From assembly GCA_023436495.1 (NCBI GenBank), contig JAEZIT010000120.1:14107-78106 (forward strand): a stretch of 64,000 bases of DNA. Reading direction: 5' to 3'. The notes under the pieces were generated by a model. It was not told the DNA's origin. It saw only the letters and a list, made by a program, of their open reading frames with translations, and ran no database searches. Shown one piece after another: positions 1-9,604 of this stretch. The position numbers and the translations under genes were made by a program. The number at the start of each line of letters is the position of its first letter. Positions within the stretch are counted from its first letter, which is position 1. The stretch is from Acidobacteriota bacterium (GTDB lineage: Bacteria > Acidobacteriota > Blastocatellia > Pyrinomonadales > Pyrinomonadaceae).

Positions 1-1
1 G

Positions 2-1531
2 GAAGACTTCCACGTTTGCGCGCTCATTGGCGATTCCTCGCTTGCCGGTGGCATGGCGATGGAAGCATTGAACCAGGCAGGCCACTTGAAGACGCGGCTG
101 ATCGTCTTGTTGAACGACAACGATATGTCGATCGCACCGGCAGTAGGCGCTCTGACGCGATATCTCAACCGTATCAAAGAAGCGCAGAGCTATCATTGGC
201 TCAAGGAAGAGGTCGGCGACACGCTTGATTCCGTGCCCGGGTTCGGCCACAGCCTCCGCAAAGCTGCCAAGACCGTCAAGGACGCCATCGCAGCCGCGGT
301 TCTGCCCGGAGCTCTCGTAAATGAACTCGGTTTCAAATACATCGGCTATGTTGACGGGCATAATGTCGAGATGCTCGTCCACGCCCTTGAAGAAGCTAAA
401 AAGATCGACGATGGGCCGGTGATCGTCCATGCGTTGACCACCAAAGGCAAGGGCTACCCGAGCAGCGAATCAAATTATTACGCATGGCATGCGACGGGGC
501 CGTTCGACATCAAGACCGGAAAGCCTGTGAAATCCGCGTCCGCGCCGGTCGCGCCGACATATACGCACGTTTTCGGGGAGACGATGTGCGAGATAATGGC
601 CGATAACGAAAAGGTCGTCGCGCTTACCGCCGCGATGCCGGACGGTACCGGGGTCGATAAGGTTCTGGAACGGTTTCCGGAACGTTCATTCGACGTCGGC
701 ATTGCCGAACAGCACGCCGTGACATTCTGCGCCGGAATGGCATGTGAAGGCTTAAAACCCGTTGCGGCAATATATTCCACCTTCCTGCAGCGCGGTTTCG
801 ATCAGGTGATCCACGATGTTTGCCTGCAGAAACTCGACGTAACCTTCGCGATGGACCGAGCGGGAATTGTCGGCGCCGACGGCCCGACGCATCACGGCCT
901 GCTTGATATTTCATATCTTCGCGGTTATCCGAATATCGTTTTGATGGCGCCGAAGGATGAGGCGGAGCTCCGCGACATGATGCTGACGGCGATCGATCAT
1001 AATGGCCCTGCCGCCTTGCGATTCCCGCGCGGCAACGGCGTCGGCGTCGATATTTCGGCACCGCCGAAGCTTATCGAGATCGGCAAGGGCGAGATCCTGC
1101 GCGAGGGCGCGGGCGATGTAGCGGTCCTCGCCTACGGATCGATGGTCTATCCGTCGCTCGGTGCCGCCGAACGTATGGCTGCACAGGGCGTCGAGGCAAC
1201 GGTCGCCAATGCAAGGTTCGTCAAACCGCTAGACCGTGAGCTGATACTTTCACTCGCAGCGAACAACCGTATTCTCGTAACGGTAGAAGAAGCATATCTC
1301 GCCGGCGGTTTCGGTTCGGCTGTCATGGAGCTGCTCGAACATGAAGGCATGTTGGGAAGTGTCCGGTTAGTACGCATGGGCGTTCCCGACGAGATAGTAA
1401 CGCACGGCGACCCGAAACGGCTGCTCGGAAAATACGGACTTGATGCGGACGGGATCGCCGCAAAGGCCCTGTCCGTTCTGAACGAGATCAGCGGAACTTC
1501 GGCCAAACCGCGTCTGAAAGCGGTAAAGTGA
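2..1531 (+). CDS. dxs: 1-deoxy-D-xylulose-5-phosphate synthase, C-terminal ~510 aa (5' end lies outside the window)
   Basis: The frame is open from nt 2 (EDFHVCALIGDSSLAGGMAMEALN, the TPP-binding GD..L.GG.A.EALN motif). Transketolase-like Pyr and C-terminal domains follow. TGA stop at 1529-1531. Confidence 0.95.
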   Translation, partial: EDFHVCALIGDSSLAGGMAMEALNQAGHLKTRLIVLLNDNDMSIAPAVGALTRYLNRIKEAQSYHWLKEEVGDTLDSVPGFGHSLRKAAKTVKDAIAAAVLPGALVNELGFKYIGYVDGHNVEMLVHALEEAKKIDDGPVIVHALTTKGKGYPSSESNYYAWHATGPFDIKTGKPVKSASAPVAPTYTHVFGETMCEIMADNEKVVALTAAMPDGTGVDKVLERFPERSFDVGIAEQHAVTFCAGMACEGLKPVAAIYSTFLQRGFDQVIHDVCLQKLDVTFAMDRAGIVGADGPTHHGLLDISYLRGYPNIVLMAPKDEAELRDMMLTAIDHNGPAALRFPRGNGVGVDISAPPKLIEIGKGEILREGAGDVAVLAYGSMVYPSLGAAERMAAQGVEATVANARFVKPLDRELILSLAANNRILVTVEEAYLAGGFGSAVMELLEHEGMLGSVRLVRMGVPDEIVTHGDPKRLLGKYGLDADGIAAKALSVLNEISGTSAKPRLKAVK

Positions 1532-1563
1532 CCGTAACGGATTTCCTGTATAGAATTAAATAG

Positions 1564-2331
1564 ATGAAAAAAGAAGAAAAGAAAAGCAGCGGAATTCCGC
1601 TCGTTATCATTGTACTCGTGCTCGTCCTGGTCGTAGTTGGTGGTTGGTGGTTCTACAATTCGTCGAAACCTTCGCCGAATGCTAACCGCGCGGCAAATGC
1701 TACAAATGCTGCCCGTGCAAACCAGGCGAACGCACCGATCGGGGCACAGCCGCCAAATATGCTCGGCTCGCCGACGGCAACCGTGACGGTCGAGGAATTT
1801 GCCGATTTCCAATGCCCGACATGTGCCACGGTCCATCCCGCGTTGAAACAGGTCCAGTCGCGTTACGGAAGCAAGATCAAGTTCATCTTCCGAAACTTTC
1901 CGCTTTCGATGCATGACAAGGCTTACAGCGCCGCCGTTGCTGCCGAAGCTGCGGGAATGCAGGGCAGGTTCTGGGACATGCAGAACCAGCTTTTCCAAAA
2001 CCAGCAGGCCTGGTCGAGCAATCCGAACTACATGCAGTTGTTCACGACCTACGCCGAGAATATTGGCCTTAACGTGGAACAGTTCCGCAATGACATGGCC
2101 GGTATGCAGGCAAAATCGCGTGTTGATGCCGACCTGCAGCGTGCCCGCGGCCTGAATGTCAATTCGACGCCGACCGTTTACGTAAACGGCAAGCAGGCGC
2201 CCTCGGTCACCGTCGATATACTTTCGCAAATGATCGACGCCGAACTGCAATCCGCGGCCGCACAGCCTGCGGGAAATACTGCCCCGGCAAATTCTGCTCC
2301 GGCCAATGCCGCACCGGCTAACACGAAATGA
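1564..2331 (+). CDS. DsbA-family thiol:disulfide oxidoreductase with N-terminal membrane anchor
   Basis: Has a TM helix, a low-complexity linker and a thioredoxin fold with CPTC active site (FADFQCPTCATVHP). The stop overlaps the next start (ATGA). Confidence 0.85.
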   Translation: MKKEEKKSSGIPLVIIVLVLVLVVVGGWWFYNSSKPSPNANRAANATNAARANQANAPIGAQPPNMLGSPTATVTVEEFADFQCPTCATVHPALKQVQSRYGSKIKFIFRNFPLSMHDKAYSAAVAAEAAGMQGRFWDMQNQLFQNQQAWSSNPNYMQLFTTYAENIGLNVEQFRNDMAGMQAKSRVDADLQRARGLNVNSTPTVYVNGKQAPSVTVDILSQMIDAELQSAAAQPAGNTAPANSAPANAAPANTK

Positions 2332-2780
2332 TGACTGAAGGATCCGCGATCTCGAATCAAAGTTCGATAGCAAAACTGCCTCTTCTGGCGGCGATCATCG
2401 CATTGATCGGGGTCGCGGATTCCGTCTATCTTACCGTAAAGCATTTTACTGCAGAACCCGTACCCTGCAGCCTGATCTCGGGCTGCGAGACGGTTTTGAC
2501 AAGCTCATATGCCGAGATCGGCGGCATCCCGCTGGCGGCTCTCGGAGCGCTCGCGTATTTTGCGGCGTTCTCACTTGCGCTGCTTGCCGCATTCGGCAGC
2601 CGCCTGATGTGGAGCCTCTTTGGCGCCCAGGTGATCATAATGGCACTCGTGACGCTTTGGCTCACATATCTCCAAGCGTTCGTCATCGGAGCCTTCTGCC
2701 AATTCTGCCTACTTTCAGCGGCCACCACCACGCTCTTGCTTCTCATATTCATTATTTCGCGCTTTTTTTCGCGAAATTGA
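2328..2780 (+). CDS. Vitamin K epoxide reductase (VKOR) family membrane protein
   Basis: Four predicted TM segments, a loop Cys pair (PCSLISGC) and a CxxC within a TM helix (FCQFC). Translationally coupled to the DsbA-like gene. Confidence 0.85.
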   Translation: MMTEGSAISNQSSIAKLPLLAAIIALIGVADSVYLTVKHFTAEPVPCSLISGCETVLTSSYAEIGGIPLAALGALAYFAAFSLALLAAFGSRLMWSLFGAQVIIMALVTLWLTYLQAFVIGAFCQFCLLSAATTTLLLLIFIISRFFSRN

Positions 2781-2876
2781 TCCGACTTTAAAACCGACTT
2801 GTGATTCCCGGCGAATACTACTTCGACCGGCGGAAATTATCTGCCGTGCTGAAAATTCGACAAAGGGAGAACTAAA

Positions 2877-3395
2877 ATGAAGAGGTTTGTATTAGGATTA
2901 GCGTTAGTATTGTTCGTGGGTTCTGTTTCCGTTTCGGCTCAAATGACGGCGGCGTCCGGCAAGGCGAAAAGGGCGGCAGAGACGAAGAAAGATATTGTTG
3001 ACACCGCGGTGTCGGCAGGCATGTTCAAGACCTTGGTGGCAGCGGTACAGGCGGCCGGATTGGTAGACACACTGAAAGGCGACGGGCCGTTCACCGTTTT
3101 CGCTCCGACCGACGAGGCGTTTGCCAAACTGCCGGCGGGTACGGTTGACAATCTTCTGAAACCGGAAAACAAAGACATGCTTGTTAAGATCCTTACGTAT
3201 CATGTGGTTCCGGGAAACGCGTTGGCTGCCGACGTCGTGAAGCAGAATTCGTGGAAAACCGTCCAGGGACAGGACTTAATGATCAAGGCGAGGGACGGAA
3301 AGGTGATGATAAACAAATCGAACGTAGTGAAGACGGACATCGCCGCATCGAACGGGACGATCCACGTAATCGACAGCGTTTTGATGCCAAAGTAG
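2877..3395 (+). CDS. Secreted fasciclin (FAS1) domain protein
   Basis: Signal peptide, then FAS1 motifs: [31 protein letters not shown] and [13 protein letters not shown]. Confidence 0.9.
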   Translation: MKRFVLGLALVLFVGSVSVSAQMTAASGKAKRAAETKKDIVDTAVSAGMFKTLVAAVQAAGLVDTLKGDGPFTVFAPTDEAFAKLPAGTVDNLLKPENKDMLVKILTYHVVPGNALAADVVKQNSWKTVQGQDLMIKARDGKVMINKSNVVKTDIAASNGTIHVIDSVLMPK

Positions 3396-3462
3396 GGATT
3401 GGGCTTTAAATTCGGAAGGGAATAGATTAGTGTAAGCGAACCCAAATTATTCGGAATAACAT

Positions 3463-4020
3463 TTGGCTCAAGCTATATTAAAACGCATAGCACTAGGAGA
3501 CAGGTCCGCCGTCGATGATTGTCTTGACGCGTACGGCGGCCTGATCTGGTCTATTGCGCGGAAGATGCTCCGAAATTCTGACGAAGCCGAAGACGCGGTG
3601 CAGGAGGTTTTCATTGATATTTGGAAGAACGCCGGCAGATTTGATGAAACACAATCATCTGAGACTACGTTCGTCGCAATGATAGCGCGGCGGCGTATCA
3701 TCGACCGGATACGTTCTGCGAACCGGCGTATCTCGGCTGATTCGCTTGATGAAGTGATGACGGAACCGGCCCAACGCGGCGACGAAAAGATCCAGATCTG
3801 CGTTGAAGCCCGCGAGGCAGCAAAGGCGATGAATGCTTTGCGTCCCGAACAGCGACAAGTACTTGAGCTATCGATAGTTCAGGGACTATCTCATCAGGAG
3901 ATCGCAGATGCCACCGGGATGCCGCTGGGAACCGTCAAAACGCATGCACGGCGGGGACTTCTTTTGGCTCGGGAATATTTGGGATTGGGGAATTCGGGCG
4001 GTAAGGAGGTGACGGTATGA
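3463..4020 (+). CDS. ECF-type RNA polymerase sigma factor (SigK-like)
   Basis: Sigma-70 region 2 (EDAVQEVFIDIWKNAGRFD) and region 4 HTH (LSHQEIADATGMPLGTVKTHARRG). TTG start. The stop overlaps the anti-sigma start (ATGA at 4017-4020). Confidence 0.9.
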   Translation: MAQAILKRIALGDRSAVDDCLDAYGGLIWSIARKMLRNSDEAEDAVQEVFIDIWKNAGRFDETQSSETTFVAMIARRRIIDRIRSANRRISADSLDEVMTEPAQRGDEKIQICVEAREAAKAMNALRPEQRQVLELSIVQGLSHQEIADATGMPLGTVKTHARRGLLLAREYLGLGNSGGKEVTV

Positions 4021-4865
4021 ACCCGGATCGGGAAGAGATGCTGCTTGACCTCCTTATAAAGAAAGCCGTACACGGCCTGACCGAAGCTGAGGAACGGCAG
4101 CTCAGCGAACTGGAGGACGGCTCGGCTCGGGACGAATCGTTCGAGCTTACCGCGTCGGCCGTTGCTCTTGTGGATATTGACGTGAAGGAGGCACTTCCTA
4201 GTCAATTAAGGTCGCGGATCGCTGCGGACGCAGACGAATTTTTTGCGGAGCGTTCAGCTAGCGATCAGGCCACCAGAAACCAACGCCGCGAAGAGGCATT
4301 AAAACCGGCGACTCGTGGGCCTGTCTGGAATTGGCTCGGCTGGGCGGTCGCAGGAATTGCGTGCATAGCCCTGGCGGCAAATATTTGGATGACTCGATTT
4401 GTACCGCAACAGGATCTTGCCGGCGCTCCAACGCCTACTCCGACAATTCCGGCCACGCCTGATCCGGCGCAGAAACGACAGCGGCTGCTTGAGACCGCGG
4501 GTGATGTCACCCGTGCGTCATGGGCAGCAGGGACGGTAAAAACGGTTGCGCCCACGGGCGACGTAGTCTGGAGCGACGCAAAACAGGAAGGTTATATGCG
4601 GTTTACCGGCCTTCCGGTAAATGACCCTGGCAAGGAAACGTATCAGCTCTGGATCTTTGACGAAACTCAGGACGAAAAAACGCCGATCGATGGCGGTACG
4701 TTCGACGTTAATGCCGATGGAGAAGTAATAATTCCTATCAATGCGAAGTTAAAGGCCGTTAATCCCAAGCTATTTGCCGTAACAGTCGAAAAGCCCGGCG
4801 GCGTCGTAGTCTCAAAACGGGAAAAGATCGTTGCGTTGGCAAAGGCTGAAACTCAGGCATCCTGA
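4017..4865 (+). CDS. Anti-sigma factor with RskA-type extracytoplasmic domain
   Basis: Single TM helix (WNWLGWAVAGIACIALAANIW). The C-terminal domain carries the YQLWIFDE....AVTVEKPGGVVVS pattern typical of anti-sigma-K RskA. Coupled to the sigma gene. Confidence 0.8.
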   Translation: MNPDREEMLLDLLIKKAVHGLTEAEERQLSELEDGSARDESFELTASAVALVDIDVKEALPSQLRSRIAADADEFFAERSASDQATRNQRREEALKPATRGPVWNWLGWAVAGIACIALAANIWMTRFVPQQDLAGAPTPTPTIPATPDPAQKRQRLLETAGDVTRASWAAGTVKTVAPTGDVVWSDAKQEGYMRFTGLPVNDPGKETYQLWIFDETQDEKTPIDGGTFDVNADGEVIIPINAKLKAVNPKLFAVTVEKPGGVVVSKREKIVALAKAETQAS

Positions 4866-4969
4866 CCCACGTAATAACAGCATCTGAATCAAAAGCGGTC
4901 TAGGTTTTCGAACATTAGCGAAAGCCGAGGCCCGATTCTCTACTTAGTCCAATATTTCAGGAGTTCGAT

Positions 4970-7765
4970 ATGTCTATTAAAAAGCTCTTCGGCTTTTTGC
5001 TAATCTTGTTCTCACTTATGGCAAATATCACTTTTGCGCAGAGCGACGGCAAGTTGCCGAAATTGAATTACGAAGAATTCAAGTTGAAGAACGGTTTGCG
5101 GGTGATCATGCACCGCGATCCTTCGACGCCGATCGTGGCTGTAAACCTTTGGTATCACGTGGGTTCCAAGAACGAGGTCGTCGGCAAGACCGGCTTTGCA
5201 CACCTGTTTGAACATATGATGTTCCAGGGGTCGAAGAATTACAACGACGATTATTTCAAGCCGCTGCAGGAAGCCGGCGCTAACATTAACGGTTCAACGA
5301 ACCCTGACCGAACAAATTATTTCGAGGTCGTGCCGTCAAATTTCCTCGAGCTTGCTCTCTTTATGGAAGCAGACCGTATGGGCGGCCTGCTCGAAGCGAT
5401 GACGCAGGAAAAGCTAGACAACCAGCGCGACGTAGTCAAGAACGAACGCCGCCAGCGTTACGACAACCAGCCTTACGGAACCGCGTTCGAAAAGATTTTT
5501 GCGCAAATGTTTCCGCCGGGACATCCGTATAACTGGACGACCATCGGCTCGTTGGAAGATCTTTCGGCTGCTTCGATGGACGACGTAAAGGCATTTTTCC
5601 GCCAATATTACACGCCGAACAATACCTCCCTCGTGATAGCGGGCGATTTCGATCCGAAACAGGCAAAACAGTGGGTGGAGAAATATTTCGGGCCTATCCC
5701 GGCCGGAACCGACATCACGCGGCCTAATCCTGCGGCACCTAAGTTAACCGATGAGGTCCGGAAGACCTATGAAGATTCGGTCCAGCTGCCGCGTCTTTAC
5801 ATGGTGTGGCACAGCAGCCCCGCATACAGCGCCGACGAGGCTCCGCTCGATATTTTGAGCTCGATCCTTACGTCAGGCCGCGGCTCGCGTCTGCAAAGCA
5901 ATCTCGTTTATGACAAGCAGATAGCTCAGGACGTAGGCGCCTTCAATTATGCCCTGGAAGCCGGCGGAATGTTCATCACCCAGTCAACGGCGAAACCCGG
6001 TAAAACGCTCGAGGAGATCGAAAAGGAGATCAACGCCGAGATCGAACGCCTCAAGAACGAACCGCCGACTGCCGAAGAAATGGCAAGGGCATTGAATTCG
6101 ATAGAATCACAGACGGTGCTCGGGATGCAGACCGTGCTCGGGAAGGCCGACCAGATGAATGCCTATACGACATTTGTGGGCCGTCCGGATTATTTCCAGA
6201 CAGATCTGGACCGCTACCGCAAGGTAACGCCGGCGGACGTACAGCGCGTCGCTAAGAACTACTTGAACGGCAACCGATTCGTCATGCAGTTCGTACCGCG
6301 CAAGGAAAAGGCCGCTTCGCAACAGGCTGGCGGTGCCAACCGCCCCACCTCGGCCGCGGCAAAGGAAAAGGAAAAGGAAGAAACGAAGGATTATTCCGCA
6401 AATCTGCCCAAGCCGGGCCCGGATCCGAAACTCGTCCTGCCGTCTATCGAGAAACATAAACTCTCGAACGGCCTGAACGTGTGGGTGGTCAATCAATCGG
6501 AACTTCCAATTGTTTCGATGAACATGGTCGTAAACACCGGAGGCACTGCTGATCCGGCCGACCGTGCGGGACTCGCCTTCATGACGGCAGGCCTTCTCGA
6601 TGACGGAACAAAGACGCGATCGGCGGTCGAGATCGCTAATCAGGCACAGGCGATCGGGGCTTCGATCGGAACTGGGTCGGGCTGGGACGCAGCAAACGTT
6701 ACGTTGCAGACGCTGACCAAAAATCTCGATAAGGCTCTGGATCTGTACTCGGACGTGATCGTTAACCCGGTGTTCCCTGCCGACGAACTTGAGACTGTCC
6801 GCAGGCGTGCACTCGTCGGATTTCTTCAGCGAAAGGACAACCCGAACGCGATCGCTAATGTGGTTTATAACGGACTGCTCTATGGCAAGAACCATCCGTA
6901 CGGTAAGAGCCTCGGCGGCGACGAATCTTCGATCAAGTCGATCACGAAACCGGAGATCGAAAAGTTCTATTCGACATATTACAGGCCGAATAATTCGACG
7001 TTGATCGTCGTGGGCGATGTAACCTCGAAACAGCTTTTGCCGAAGCTTGAAAAAGCGTTCGCAGGATGGAAAGCTGCAGACGCCCCTGCCGTTGCGGTTC
7101 CGAACGCAGCCCAGTTCGACGCCCCCGGCATCTATATAGTTGACAAGCCGGGTGCGGCACAATCGGTCATCTCGATCGGACAGGTCGGCGTTGCACGAAA
7201 TAACCCCGACTATTTCCCGCTGACCGTGATGAATTCGATACTAGGCGGCCAGTTTTCGGCTCGAGTTAACATGAACCTTCGCGAGGACAAAGGCTACACC
7301 TACGGAGCCCGAACGGGATTCGGCTTTAGACGCGGCGCCGGCCCGTTCTCAGCCGATGCTGACGTGCAGACCGCAGTCACCAAGGAATCAGTTCAGGAAT
7401 TCTTAAAGGAACTAAACGGTATCCGCGGTGCGATCCCGGTTACGCCGGCCGAACTCGAGTACAACAAACAGAGCCTGATCCGTCGCTACCCGGCGGGATT
7501 CGAAACGGTCGGACAGATCTCCGGCCAACTTGCGAATCTGGTCATTTACGGGCTTCCGGATACATATTTCAACGATTATATCCGGAATATTCAGGCCGTT
7601 ACCGTACAGGACGTCAACCGCGTCGCTAACAAATATCTGACGCCGGACAAAATGGCGATCCTGATCGTTGGCGACAGGACCGTGATCGAACCTAAGCTGA
7701 AGGAAATCGAAAGCTGGGGCGATATGATCAAACACCTTGATTCGGAAGGGAATCCGATCAAGTAA
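4970..7765 (+). CDS. Secreted M16 (pitrilysin/insulinase) family zinc peptidase, fused double unit (931 aa)
   Basis: Signal peptide and inverted zinc motif HxxEH (HLFEHMMFQGS) in the first half. The second M16 unit lacks the motif. Confidence 0.9.
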   Translation: MSIKKLFGFLLILFSLMANITFAQSDGKLPKLNYEEFKLKNGLRVIMHRDPSTPIVAVNLWYHVGSKNEVVGKTGFAHLFEHMMFQGSKNYNDDYFKPLQEAGANINGSTNPDRTNYFEVVPSNFLELALFMEADRMGGLLEAMTQEKLDNQRDVVKNERRQRYDNQPYGTAFEKIFAQMFPPGHPYNWTTIGSLEDLSAASMDDVKAFFRQYYTPNNTSLVIAGDFDPKQAKQWVEKYFGPIPAGTDITRPNPAAPKLTDEVRKTYEDSVQLPRLYMVWHSSPAYSADEAPLDILSSILTSGRGSRLQSNLVYDKQIAQDVGAFNYALEAGGMFITQSTAKPGKTLEEIEKEINAEIERLKNEPPTAEEMARALNSIESQTVLGMQTVLGKADQMNAYTTFVGRPDYFQTDLDRYRKVTPADVQRVAKNYLNGNRFVMQFVPRKEKAASQQAGGANRPTSAAAKEKEKEETKDYSANLPKPGPDPKLVLPSIEKHKLSNGLNVWVVNQSELPIVSMNMVVNTGGTADPADRAGLAFMTAGLLDDGTKTRSAVEIANQAQAIGASIGTGSGWDAANVTLQTLTKNLDKALDLYSDVIVNPVFPADELETVRRRALVGFLQRKDNPNAIANVVYNGLLYGKNHPYGKSLGGDESSIKSITKPEIEKFYSTYYRPNNSTLIVVGDVTSKQLLPKLEKAFAGWKAADAPAVAVPNAAQFDAPGIYIVDKPGAAQSVISIGQVGVARNNPDYFPLTVMNSILGGQFSARVNMNLREDKGYTYGARTGFGFRRGAGPFSADADVQTAVTKESVQEFLKELNGIRGAIPVTPAELEYNKQSLIRRYPAGFETVGQISGQLANLVIYGLPDTYFNDYIRNIQAVTVQDVNRVANKYLTPDKMAILIVGDRTVIEPKLKEIESWGDMIKHLDSEGNPIK

Positions 7766-7792
7766 GCGAAGGATGAACGGGCTGCCGATCGA

Positions 7793-8347
7793 TCAGGCGG
7801 CCCGTTCTATTTCCGAAGCTTCGGCCGGATGTTCGGCCTCCTGTTCAGCTATATTCTCTGCTGCAGCATCAACTGCCATGGGCCCCGCGTTTTCGATCAG
7901 CGGCTTGCTCAGCTTGCCGACCAGCCATCGCCTGTAGACCTCGGCCTCTTCCAGCTTGCCGGTCCATCGTGCACGATCCAGCATTGTCAGCGCCATCGAT
8001 AAACAATGATGCTGTCCGGCGCGGTCCTGACGAGCCGAAAATAGGACGTAGCCTTGTTCGAGAAACTGTACGCCTCGTGTAGCCGTTTCCACGTCCTTGA
8101 AGCCCAACTTTCCGCGAAAGAATTTCGAATAAATATTCATCGGGTGGGCCGTCGATGTATAAAGATCGAAATAATTATCGATCAGACCTTCCTTATGCAA
8201 TACTGACCCGACATAGCTCGGTTTCGCTCCCGAGATGGCAGCGATCGTCTCGATCTCTGTTATACCGGCTCGAAACAGCGACAGTATCGTGTCCTTCTTG
8301 CTTGCCAGTACCCGTTTGTCTTTTGTTTCCAACACTTCGTTATTCAT
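7793..8347 (-). CDS. Hypothetical protein (185 aa), possible N-terminal HTH
   Basis: I prefer the ATG at 8347, preceded by AGGAG, over the track start at 8545, which would overlap the divergent TopIB gene. No recognisable catalytic motif. Confidence 0.55.
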   Translation of the reverse strand: MNNEVLETKDKRVLASKKDTILSLFRAGITEIETIAAISGAKPSYVGSVLHKEGLIDNYFDLYTSTAHPMNIYSKFFRGKLGFKDVETATRGVQFLEQGYVLFSARQDRAGQHHCLSMALTMLDRARWTGKLEEAEVYRRWLVGKLSKPLIENAGPMAVDAAAENIAEQEAEHPAEASEIERAA

Positions 8348-8532
8348 TGCCAAAACTCCTATCTTTAGTATAGTTGTTGGATGTTGCATCGGTGAAACAC
8401 GTTGCCTGAATGTCCCGGTTCGTGCCAATATCCTTAAGTTGCAAACAATTGATAACACAAGAGTTAACGGCTTCTTGAAAGTTTCTTGAAATAATTCGTT
8501 ATACTGGTAAAAAATCGTGCAGAGGGAAGTCA

Positions 8533-9597
8533 GTGAAAGTAACAAAGCCGCTCTTTGACGTAGAAAAGGCCAAACAGACTATCGCAAAGGGGCGAAGGGC
8601 AAATTGGATACGCCGCCGCGGCACAATGTCACGCGGTTTTTCATACACTGACGCCGCTGGAAAAAAGATTACATCGAAAGAGACGCTCGAACGCATCGCC
8701 TCGCTAGTGATTCCGCCGGCCTGGAAGTACGTCCGAATATCGCCGCACGCCGGCAGCAGCCTGCAGGCGGTTGGAATGGATACGACCGGTCGCGTCCAAT
8801 ATATTTATCATCCGAAGCACGCAGAAAAGCGTCAGCGCAAGAAGTACGCGAAGATCGAGCGGTTTGGCGAATACTTGCCTGCCCTCCGCCGCGCGACCAC
8901 CAAGGACCTGGAATTAGAAGGTTTTCCGCGCGAGCGCGTACTTGCGATCATGACGCGCCTGATCAATTCGCTGTATATGCGGATCGGCACGGAAAAGAGC
9001 GCCCGCCACTATAAGACCTATGGCATCACTACATTAAAGAACAAGCATTTACGCTTCGGACGCAATAACGAGCTTATATTTGATTTTGTAGGAAAAAGCC
9101 ATATCAAGCACAGAAAGGTCCTCGTAGACGACGATCTTGCCGCAATAATGAAGGAGCTCAAATCGCTTGGCGGCGCAAAGAAGCTATTCCATTATCTAGA
9201 CGACGAAGGAAATCCGAGATCGGTGACGCCGGGTGAAGTCAACAGCTATTTAAAATCGCATACCGCTCCCGAATTTTCGGCGAAAGACCTGCGGACATGG
9301 GGCGCGACATTGTTAGCAGCGATCCAACTTGCCGAGATCGGTCCGCCTCAAGACGCAAATGAGGCGAAAAAGAATATTGTGAAGGCCGTCAAGCGCGTCG
9401 CGGAACAACTAGGGAATACACCGACTGTTTGCCGGGGTTCGTATATCCACCCGACGGTCCTGAAATGCTACGAATCCGGGATCACTCTGGACGAATTCCG
9501 GCCGAAAAAAAGCCGGCGAATTAAACGCCGGCAGGATGATTACGAACCCGAGGAGAGAGCGCTTTTACGTCTGTTCGGCGCGCACTCCGGGAAATGA
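8533..9597 (+). CDS. DNA topoisomerase IB (poxvirus-like bacterial type IB)
   Basis: FSYTDAAGKKI...IPPAWKYVRIS...LQAVGMDTTGRVQYIYH N-terminal pattern, FSAKDLRTWGAT, and the active-site Tyr context RGSYIHP near the C-terminus. GTG start with a GAGGGA RBS. Confidence 0.85.
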   Translation: MKVTKPLFDVEKAKQTIAKGRRANWIRRRGTMSRGFSYTDAAGKKITSKETLERIASLVIPPAWKYVRISPHAGSSLQAVGMDTTGRVQYIYHPKHAEKRQRKKYAKIERFGEYLPALRRATTKDLELEGFPRERVLAIMTRLINSLYMRIGTEKSARHYKTYGITTLKNKHLRFGRNNELIFDFVGKSHIKHRKVLVDDDLAAIMKELKSLGGAKKLFHYLDDEGNPRSVTPGEVNSYLKSHTAPEFSAKDLRTWGATLLAAIQLAEIGPPQDANEAKKNIVKAVKRVAEQLGNTPTVCRGSYIHPTVLKCYESGITLDEFRPKKSRRIKRRQDDYEPEERALLRLFGAHSGK

Positions 9598-9604
9598 CGC
9601 CTAA

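Noticed and set aside
1147-2373. 408-aa ORF antisense to dxs and dsbA. Similar long antisense ORFs are at 6107-7162, 30492-31259, 35698-36396, 38344-39117, 41889-43115, 46711-47577, 50813-51802 and 55712-56332.
   Set aside because: Each lies entirely opposite a gene with strong motif support. Their translations are Arg/Ala/Gly-rich and low-complexity, as expected for shadow frames in GC-rich coding DNA. No domains were recognised.
8348-8545. Longer 250-aa version of the hypothetical gene, starting at 8545.
   Set aside because: It would overlap the divergent TopIB start and promoter. The extension is hydrophobic and low-complexity. The internal ATG at 8347 has a good AGGAG RBS.
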